35,661 nucleotides of DNA from a virus (taxonomy: Duplodnaviria; Caudoviricetes). Where the stretch lies: positions 1-35,661 of the IMG/VR virus record IMGVR_UViG_3300025835_000018. The stretch is one strand, 5' to 3'. Numbering within the stretch: the stretch's first letter is position 1; each line of letters starts with the position of its first letter. The translations under genes were made by a program, and so were the position numbers. The notes beneath the pieces are model-generated. The model searched no databases. It was not told the origin of the DNA and saw only the letters and a list, made by a program, of their open reading frames with translations. This document shows positions 18,550-25,220 of the stretch, in pieces.

Positions 18550-18926
18550 AACTCAATATCCCCCTGAATCTCATCAAGCTTTGGCTGGCTTACCCCCAAG
18601 CATTGGACTATGGCCTGTCTAAACTCCATAGCCTTCGAATATTTGTGCTTTAAAGTGTCCACAGCTCTATTGAAGTTGTCTTGATTGTTGTGAAAGTGAG
18701 CCTTGTCTTTTAGAAGATGCCAGGTCGTATCAAGGACGGCTCCAAAATCATTAATGTCTTGAATGCGCTCGCTCAAAATCTCAACTCCGTTCGGTTTTTC
18801 AGGGGTAGCGAAGTGATTGTAGGCCCACACTTGAGCGGATAAATCAAAAGGGCGCAGAATAAAGTTAACCTCGTTAAGCTGGATTTGTGATTCTTGAGGC
18901 TTGAGCTCATGATAGGCAATCGGCAT
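18522..18926 (-). CDS. Tail assembly chaperone G
   Basis: Between tail tube and tape measure; GGGAG RBS; slippery site near 3' end. Confidence 0.85.
   Translation of the reverse strand: MPIAYHELKPQESQIQLNEVNFILRPFDLSAQVWAYNHFATPEKPNGVEILSERIQDINDFGAVLDTTWHLLKDKAHFHNNQDNFNRAVDTLKHKYSKAMEFRQAIVQCLGVSQPKLDEIQGDIELKKSLTADV
18543..18549 (-). other. Programmed -1 frameshift site A AAA AAG
   Basis: In-frame X XXY YYZ heptamer (TTA AAA AAG) shortly before the G stop. Confidence 0.85.
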
Positions 18927-18952
18927 ATATCTCCCTTACTTTTACAGTGTAC

Positions 18953-19006
18953 TTGATTGATTGTGTTTTTCAATTTATTATATGTTCAACGATTTGTAAT
19001 TACAAA
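18953..19006. promoter_or_regulatory. Overlapping oppositely oriented sigma70-like promoters with palindromic operator
   Basis: Minus: TTGTAA(19005-19000)-N17-TATAAT(18982-18977); plus: TTGATT(18953)-N17-TATTAT(18976); palindrome TTTGTAATTACAAA 18993-19006. Confidence 0.7.
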
Positions 19007-19019
19007 AGGTAAACGCAGC

Positions 19020-19193
19020 ATGAGAATCAAGAAGAAAAAGAAAACCAAGTCCGAGTGGATCGCCTGTCGAGTCTCGAAAGAAGAGCAAAACGATATCAAG
19101 ATCAAGGCGAATCTATATACTGAAGGGAACGTGAGCGAGTGGCTCATTCATGCGGCCAGAAACTACGCACCTAAGAGAGAAGAGCTTGAATAA
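19020..19193 (+). CDS. Ribbon-helix-helix (MobC/MobA-like) DNA-binding protein
   Basis: KSEWIACRVSKEEQNDIKIKA...GNVSEWL strand-helix-helix pattern; AAGGT RBS. Confidence 0.75.
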   Translation: MRIKKKKKTKSEWIACRVSKEEQNDIKIKANLYTEGNVSEWLIHAARNYAPKREELE

Positions 19194-19220
19194 GGGGGCT
19201 ATTCCTAACCCCCTTAAAAA
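19191..19220 (-). terminator. Hairpin/terminator between convergent tail tube and RHH genes
   Basis: Minus strand AAGGGGGUUA-GGAA-UAGCCCCCUU (GNRA loop). Confidence 0.7.
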
Positions 19221-20099
19221 TTAACCAGCAGTGGCCGTTATTTTAGCTATGCTGTTTACTTCACTGTCGTAAAGCAAATCAATAGTCAATTCTGGGATTG
19301 AAAAGACAGTCTCTTCTAGAGCAATAGGAAAACCTGCTCCAACAGCCTTGAACATTTCAATCTCAAAGAGTGATCCATCAGCACGCTTGGCACTCAAAGC
19401 CACTAGACCATGCTCTGGGAACGTGGACTGAGATTGCCCAATAACAACAGTGCTAACGCCACCATGAGCAGCAGCGACTTTAAAGAAAGCCGTATCCCCC
19501 ACAGTCATGCCTATTATGCCCGACCCGCCGGTGAGTTCTACACCTGTGTTTGGAACAGTAACAGCCGTGCTAGCAGCGATCGTCAATGGAGCCGCCGTGA
19601 TCTTAAGAGCATCGTTCTCAAAATCAATGTCTGTTCCTTTGTCCGCAGCAATGTCGCTTAGAAGATAAACGTCCACTGTTGTAGCACTTGCGGCGACAAC
19701 AACGTAAGTGCCATCTTTTAACTCGTCCTCTCCCCCAGTCTCAATACCAACACTTGCAAGACCAGTGGTCGCTACCAAAGATCCCTTAACGCCTGTTAGG
19801 GCCTGCAAGATTGAACCCGTTGTGCTCGAAGCAGTTGTTGTGACAGTCGCACCAAGGTAGAGCTCAAACAAAAAGTCAGGCATAGACTTCACTGTCGCTG
19901 TGAACGTAGAGTCTACGGTCTTTGCTTCAGATGCCCATGCAAATTTGTTTGATCCGCCAAAGAGCTTCTCGGTCTCTGCTGAAAAAGTGATTGTCCCACC
20001 ACCTAGGACTTTTAAAATCCCGTAAGGTAAACGATCAGAACGACGATAAGGCGTCATGCTGTGAATACCATAAATAATTCTGTTAGCTGATAATGCCAT
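19221..20099 (-). CDS. Major tail tube protein
   Basis: 292 aa, A/T/G/S-rich, between terminator and chaperone genes; no sheath gene present. Confidence 0.8.
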   Translation of the reverse strand: MALSANRIIYGIHSMTPYRRSDRLPYGILKVLGGGTITFSAETEKLFGGSNKFAWASEAKTVDSTFTATVKSMPDFLFELYLGATVTTTASSTTGSILQALTGVKGSLVATTGLASVGIETGGEDELKDGTYVVVAASATTVDVYLLSDIAADKGTDIDFENDALKITAAPLTIAASTAVTVPNTGVELTGGSGIIGMTVGDTAFFKVAAAHGGVSTVVIGQSQSTFPEHGLVALSAKRADGSLFEIEMFKAVGAGFPIALEETVFSIPELTIDLLYDSEVNSIAKITATAG

Positions 20100-20100
20100 C

Positions 20101-20301
20101 TTAGATTACTCCTTCTGTCTTCAAATTCTGAATAAACTTCTCGGGCACTTCGATCTCTTCACCCTCAACGATTCGAATATCTAGCCCGTTGGCTACAATG
20201 CGAAAGTCCTTGAGTGGATGGATCTTGACCATGCCATCAGAGACAACCTCTTCTTGGGCTATCTCTTGAGTCTCTTCATCATCTTCATGATTGTTAAACA
20301 T
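20101..20301 (-). CDS. Small acidic hypothetical protein
   Basis: AAGGAG RBS before ATG 20301. Confidence 0.65.
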   Translation of the reverse strand: MFNNHEDDEETQEIAQEEVVSDGMVKIHPLKDFRIVANGLDIRIVEGEEIEVPEKFIQNLKTEGVI

Positions 20302-20326
20302 TTTTAAACTCCTTAACTTGCGGAGA

Positions 20327-20824
20327 CTAAACATCAAACGAAGCGGTAAGATTGATCCCAGCCATCCTTAACATTTTGCCGCTTATATCCACTAAGCCAG
20401 GCGACAAAGAATCTAGCTGAAGTTGACTATAACCGCGCAGCTTTGCGTGGTTCTCTATGGCAACTTCTTGAAGCGAACGTGAATATCTTAACAATTGATA
20501 TATTGTGGATTCTTTTAACTGCTCGCCCCTATCAGGTACACAGACCTCAATAAAAACGTTCACAGTTTGAATCGCAGCATCTGATTGCTGGCTTGTGAGT
20601 TGCACTCCGCCTAAGCCCCATACAATGAACTGGGGATAGTTCCACACTTGAGGGATGTGATTTAAAAACCAAGCGTCATTTGAAATAGTAGGAATAGAAA
20701 AATCACTTGGATTCACAGTGCTCTTTTCAGTATTGATTTGAGTGATTTTGTTGTTGAGATTTGCTAGAAATATAGTCTTGAAATTATCAAGAAACATCTC
20801 AACGTCATACTTTTTCTGAGCCAT
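20327..20824 (-). CDS. Putative tail terminator
   Basis: Position, size, YP-x-F-I-V motif. Confidence 0.6.
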   Translation of the reverse strand: MAQKKYDVEMFLDNFKTIFLANLNNKITQINTEKSTVNPSDFSIPTISNDAWFLNHIPQVWNYPQFIVWGLGGVQLTSQQSDAAIQTVNVFIEVCVPDRGEQLKESTIYQLLRYSRSLQEVAIENHAKLRGYSQLQLDSLSPGLVDISGKMLRMAGINLTASFDV

Positions 20825-21396
20825 TATTGAGCACTCCCCGAAACAACTTGCGCAACATAGTCTTTAATAATATTTGTCCACGCTTGAATGCGCCCTGAAA
20901 TCAAAGCGTCTTGAGCTTTTTCGGCGGGACCACCATCGATAAAGATCATCTTGCGTTGAGGGATCTTTTTCCTGGGCCTATCCGATTGATGATATTTCGC
21001 ATAGTCAATCTTGGTTCCAAGCACCATCGACTGGCGCCCCACGAAATACTCGGCGCCCTGAGCGCTCTTTGAAGACAATGATTTCTCTAAAGCCCCTTGT
21101 CTTTTTAAGAGAGGATAAGCAAAACCGACCTCTTCTTTTTTCAAAGTCTCTGCTCGCTGCCGCTTGGTGACTTCTATCCCTCGAAATCTTACCTTGTCCT
21201 GATAGTTGAAGCCACCAAGCGGCGAATAAAGCCCAGGACCCTTCAAAGCAAAGATCTTCTTATTCCCACGATACCAATGATTGGCAATCAGACCAAAAGG
21301 GATTCGAAAATCACTTACCTTATCTGATACTTCATCAAGCAGCTTTTGAAACTGAGCATCGTTTTCTGGAATAAAACTTATGATCTGATCGCTCAC
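20824..21396 (-). CDS. Virion morphogenesis / tail completion protein (Mu gpG-like)
   Basis: LKRQGAL, GTKIDYAKYHQ, IPQRKMI. Confidence 0.82.
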   Translation of the reverse strand: MSDQIISFIPENDAQFQKLLDEVSDKVSDFRIPFGLIANHWYRGNKKIFALKGPGLYSPLGGFNYQDKVRFRGIEVTKRQRAETLKKEEVGFAYPLLKRQGALEKSLSSKSAQGAEYFVGRQSMVLGTKIDYAKYHQSDRPRKKIPQRKMIFIDGGPAEKAQDALISGRIQAWTNIIKDYVAQVVSGSAQ

Positions 21397-21896
21397 CAGT
21401 TATTACCACCGCGAGTTATTGTGGGGGTTCTTACACCTGCATAGTTAGTGCCGAAAACAGAAGCGTCCCTTGGACTTGAGGGCTTTCTCGTGGCGTCCAC
21501 AAGATCAATCACCGGCTCTATCCAAGTGCCACCGCTACCAACAGACTTAAAAGTCGGAGTAATGTCCTCAAGCAATCTATTGGCTTTCTTCTCAAGATTC
21601 GTTTGAACGTCCTGCTCTTTATCAGAGTTAGAGCTCGTAGCCTCTAGAATAGTCTTGATCATGTGAGCGACTTTGTACTTTGAAATCGTGCCCACAACTT
21701 TTAACGCTTCAGTGCCCGTGATAGGAGTCACATAATAGCGATTAAGTCTTGCATCGATCTCAGCATCTGCTTCTGCTATGAACTCGGCCACGTCCTCTTC
21801 AGTCACAGCAGTGTTTGTGGACTCGTTCCCAGTGTCAGCACTGATCGTGATCCCTCGAAACATAGACTTAACTTTTGCAAGAGTCGTGTAAGGCAT
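21393..21896 (-). CDS. Head-tail connector (Mu gp36-like)
   Basis: MPYTT, IAEADAEIDARL..YYVTP. Confidence 0.8.
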   Translation of the reverse strand: MPYTTLAKVKSMFRGITISADTGNESTNTAVTEEDVAEFIAEADAEIDARLNRYYVTPITGTEALKVVGTISKYKVAHMIKTILEATSSNSDKEQDVQTNLEKKANRLLEDITPTFKSVGSGGTWIEPVIDLVDATRKPSSPRDASVFGTNYAGVRTPTITRGGNNW

Positions 21897-22282
21897 TAGT
21901 CCTCATCCTTTACTTCTAAAGATCCAGAGTTGATTGCAACAATAAGCTCACCCTTGCTCATGCCAGTATAGCCCTTAAAGTTTTGATCCTTGCAATACTG
22001 TCTGAGCTCTTCAATTGTATAGTGCTCGTCCACTAGATTTAAACTCTCGGTCTCTTCAATGTCATCAACTTCAACTAGCTCTTCAATAACCTCTGGCTCT
22101 TGAACGTGCCCATCAATTTCAAACCAGCCCTTGAACTCATCTGATTTGAGAATAAACATCTCTTCTTTTTTAAGCTCAATTTCTTTTACTTCATCACGCA
22201 AAATGAAATTGTTTAAAAGATGCATCCCATTGTTTTTAACAAAACGCTTTTGCTTGTCTTGTATTTTTACCTTCAATTTCAT
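21896..22282 (-). CDS. Head-associated protein with C-terminal HeH/Rho-N-like motif
   Basis: TIEELRQYCKDQNFKGYTGMSKGELIVAI; follows capsid gene. Confidence 0.7.
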   Translation of the reverse strand: MKLKVKIQDKQKRFVKNNGMHLLNNFILRDEVKEIELKKEEMFILKSDEFKGWFEIDGHVQEPEVIEELVEVDDIEETESLNLVDEHYTIEELRQYCKDQNFKGYTGMSKGELIVAINSGSLEVKDED

Positions 22283-22308
22283 GTTGTCATTTTCCTTTCA
22301 ATATTTAA

Positions 22309-22333
22309 AGGGCCCTGATTAGCTCAGGGCCCT
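22309..22333 (-). terminator. Hairpin after major capsid gene
   Basis: AGGGCCCTGA-N5-TCAGGGCCCT perfect 10-bp stem. Confidence 0.75.
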
Positions 22334-22342
22334 AAGATCAAA

Positions 22343-23245
22343 TTAGTTATTGATCTTTATGGCTTTCCACCAAACGCCAAAACCAAAACCGATGCGCTGA
22401 TCAACACCGTAAAGATATTCTTTACGCATGAAAGCACGCTCGCCTTTTTCAAGAGCTTCAAAGGTCAAGTTGCTACGCTTTTGCATAACAAATGGCTTCA
22501 AAGTTCCAGAAACATCAAACAAGTACCAGTCGCTATCAGCAGGAAGACGGCTAGAAATTACTTTCTTAGCAGCACCCTTTAATGTGTTGGTGTTGTTGTT
22601 GATTTTGTCAGCAGTGATGATGTTGTCAACAACACCTTCAAGACCTGGGTGGGCCACGATCACAAGATCCATATCGCCTTCGTTTCTTGGCTCACCTTGA
22701 TCATCAACAAAACTACGCATACGCGCACGCGCACTGATAAAATCAGCAGCAAAAGTGGCATCAGTATAGGCTGTTGAAAGTGTTCCAGACACGATGTTTG
22801 ATTGCGCAGATCCGCTCTCGTTATGTGAAGCTGAAAAGAAAGCAACTCCATCATAGCCAAGATTAGTCACGCCTGCTGCAATTTGATCAAACAAAAGCTT
22901 GCGAGGAAAAGTCTTCGCACGAATGGCAAGATCTTTAACTCTGAGCTTCACAGCCCCAAGTTGATCGTCTTCCATCACGTTGCGATTTACTTTTAAAGTC
23001 GCCTCGTAGTCTTTGTTAGGGATTGAATAATCGAAGTCAGCTAGACCGCTTAACTTTCTCTCGTCCAACCACTCACGCATTTGAGGGGACTCACCAAGCC
23101 AGCCATACTTCTCAGAGTCACTTGTGGAAGTGGTCTCCATGATCATTGGCATAACATCAGCAGGATTCTCACCGTTGTTGAATGCGGTCATGAACTCAGT
23201 TCTAAGACCTTTTTCTAGTAAAAGTGCATTACTTACTATTCCCAT
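22343..23245 (-). CDS. Major capsid protein (Mu gpT-like)
   Basis: EKYGWLGESPQMREW, NKDYEATL, EDDQLG, YDGVAFFSASH, WYLFD, KPFVMQKR, YGVDQR. Confidence 0.93.
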   Translation of the reverse strand: MGIVSNALLLEKGLRTEFMTAFNNGENPADVMPMIMETTSTSDSEKYGWLGESPQMREWLDERKLSGLADFDYSIPNKDYEATLKVNRNVMEDDQLGAVKLRVKDLAIRAKTFPRKLLFDQIAAGVTNLGYDGVAFFSASHNESGSAQSNIVSGTLSTAYTDATFAADFISARARMRSFVDDQGEPRNEGDMDLVIVAHPGLEGVVDNIITADKINNNTNTLKGAAKKVISSRLPADSDWYLFDVSGTLKPFVMQKRSNLTFEALEKGERAFMRKEYLYGVDQRIGFGFGVWWKAIKINN

Positions 23246-23260
23246 TTCAATTCTCCCTTA

Positions 23261-23683
23261 TTAAAGCGCAGCCGCTGCAGCTGGGTTAACGCTCAACTTC
23301 ACCCAAACTTGAGTGGCTGAAACAAATTCATCAATCTGGCCTACGGGTGCGCTCGTGCCAGCCGTCTTAGTAACGGTCTGATCGTCAGAGGCATAGACCA
23401 CAACGCCAACATCACCCTGAGCAAAGCCTGCGCCCTCAAGAAGATAACGACCTTCAGTCTTAACCTTACAACGAAGATCACCGGCTGAACCACCTGAGTT
23501 ATCAACAGTCTCTTCAGCTACACCAGCGAAAACTTCGCTGACCGCAAGACCTGCTGGAGCTAGAAAACCAGCTGCGTTAATTGTGCAAAGTGCTCCGCGA
23601 TAAATAATATCAACGGCAACAGGCATTGCGCGAACGACTCCATCTTTTTCTGAAACTTCTTTTGCTGCTGTTAGTGCTGCCAT
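23261..23683 (-). CDS. Capsid decoration/cement protein
   Basis: Ala/Gly-rich; FAGVAEETVDNSGG, VYASDDQTV, VWVKL; between protease and capsid. Confidence 0.8.
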   Translation of the reverse strand: MAALTAAKEVSEKDGVVRAMPVAVDIIYRGALCTINAAGFLAPAGLAVSEVFAGVAEETVDNSGGSAGDLRCKVKTEGRYLLEGAGFAQGDVGVVVYASDDQTVTKTAGTSAPVGQIDEFVSATQVWVKLSVNPAAAAAL

Positions 23684-24102
23684 TATTCACCTACCTTATT
23701 GTACTTGATGTAATCCTCTTCGCTTAAGCCCATCTTCTTACAGATTTGCTTCTCAGCTTCTGACAATTGCACCTGTTGAGTGCCTTCGCCTGAACCTTGA
23801 GCTTGAGTGTTCATTTTTTCACTTAAAGACAACACGTCTAGAAGGTCTTTGCCTTCATTCAAAGCTACAAGTTGAGCTTTGTTGATCTTGCCTTCATCGA
23901 AAAGCTTTTGATGCTTATCTTGAACTTCTTTTTTAACAATTTCAGCTTTAAGAGTTTTAAGCTCGTCACCTAATTTTGTATTATCGTCTTTTAAACTTTG
24001 AGTCTCAGACTTCAAAGTGTTCTCACTTAAACGCAAGTCAGAGATTTGCTTTTCAAACTCATTGACCTTTGCTTTGTGATCACTAAGGGAAATAGTTTCC
24101 AT
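23683..24102 (-). CDS. Nested scaffold protein (Mu gpZ-like internal start)
   Basis: In-frame ATG (residue 270) preceded by AAAAGGAG with 8-nt spacing, just after the protease domain. Confidence 0.7.
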   Translation of the reverse strand: METISLSDHKAKVNEFEKQISDLRLSENTLKSETQSLKDDNTKLGDELKTLKAEIVKKEVQDKHQKLFDEGKINKAQLVALNEGKDLLDVLSLSEKMNTQAQGSGEGTQQVQLSEAEKQICKKMGLSEEDYIKYNKVGE

Positions 24103-24909
24103 TTGTGGATCTCCTTTTAAATGTTTATCTTTTAAACCAACTATTGCATCCATCTTCAAAAAAGGCCTGTTCACTAGACCGCCACCGAAAAGAGTGGGCC
24201 CGTGATTGATCCCTGTATGAGGATGAATGAAATTGAGATTGAACTCTGGAGAGAAATACCTAAACTCTCGGTCGTTAAGTGCTAACGCGCCTTTAGGTGT
24301 CCATTTCACTACTCCATATAGCTTAGTGCCATCTTCACTCAAAAAGACTTCCTTCACCCAGCCAGCCGCTTCTCTGGTCTCGTGATCAAAATCAATTGAA
24401 ATGTCAATGCCATAAGATTTCTTCTCAAAATTATCTTTAAAACTTTTTAAGTCACCCTTGGTGAGCTTCACTTCACCATAACGAGCATGAAAGCCTGTAA
24501 CAACTTGCGCAAGCTCTATGACTGAGGGCAAGTTCTCTGAGAGCTTAACACTCTCGTCTTGAAGATTGTAATAGAACGGATTGTCTGGAGTCATCTCTCT
24601 TAAAATACCTACAACAATTGAAATTCCGTCTCGAATCTCGACTGTCTTCATCGTGGACTCAATAAACCCCATCTCATCAAACATTGAAGCGTAGTAAGCT
24701 TTATCGTCTTCAGTGATTTCCATGCCGTCTAGATAATGAGCTTTCAAGAAGTCTTGCACCTGCTCTTTTCGCTCATAAAGAGTTTTAACAAACTCGATTC
24801 TTTGCATGAGCGAGCCTGGCTCGATCTCATTAGACTCTAGAAATTGATCGATCTCTTCATTGGCTTCAAGAATCTTTTTCTCCATCAGGAGTTCTTTTAT
24901 AAGGCTCAT
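23683..24909 (-). CDS. Prohead protease/scaffold (Mu gpI-like) with N-terminal extra domain
   Basis: IDFDH (His), AAGWV, WTPKG, FRYFSPEF (Ser), LVNRPFL; C-terminal coiled coil. Confidence 0.9.
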   Translation of the reverse strand: MSLIKELLMEKKILEANEEIDQFLESNEIEPGSLMQRIEFVKTLYERKEQVQDFLKAHYLDGMEITEDDKAYYASMFDEMGFIESTMKTVEIRDGISIVVGILREMTPDNPFYYNLQDESVKLSENLPSVIELAQVVTGFHARYGEVKLTKGDLKSFKDNFEKKSYGIDISIDFDHETREAAGWVKEVFLSEDGTKLYGVVKWTPKGALALNDREFRYFSPEFNLNFIHPHTGINHGPTLFGGGLVNRPFLKMDAIVGLKDKHLKGDPQMETISLSDHKAKVNEFEKQISDLRLSENTLKSETQSLKDDNTKLGDELKTLKAEIVKKEVQDKHQKLFDEGKINKAQLVALNEGKDLLDVLSLSEKMNTQAQGSGEGTQQVQLSEAEKQICKKMGLSEEDYIKYNKVGE

Positions 24910-25136
24910 TTTACATCCTTAAAGGTTATGGATTTTTGTGCGGCCTCACTTAATGGAGGAAGTCCCGTTATTGCTGGATTATTAGTAGATGTTTTAAGAT
25001 TAGCTCTTATGTATGACTTGCAGTTATGAACTACCATTTCGTTTGCAACAAAACTCTCGTCCTCTGAAACCGCTAGATTGTAGAGTCTATTATTATCAGA
25101 TATTTTTAATTTATTTATGCTCTTTATCTTTGACAT
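24906..25136 (-). CDS. Split-intein C-half (38 aa) plus 38-aa MuF C-extein
   Basis: MSKIKSI...LYNLAV..ESFVANEMVVHN/CKSY (blocks F and G, His-Asn, Cys+1); AGGTG RBS; ATGA overlap with protease. Confidence 0.92.
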   Translation of the reverse strand: MSKIKSINKLKISDNNRLYNLAVSEDESFVANEMVVHNCKSYIRANLKTSTNNPAITGLPPLSEAAQKSITFKDVK

Positions 25137-25220
25137 AAATTTGCACCTATGGTGTAAGAGCTTTGGACTCTAATGGGAGTAAAAACACTAAGGATAGATA
25201 AAAGAAAACTTAAAGACAAA

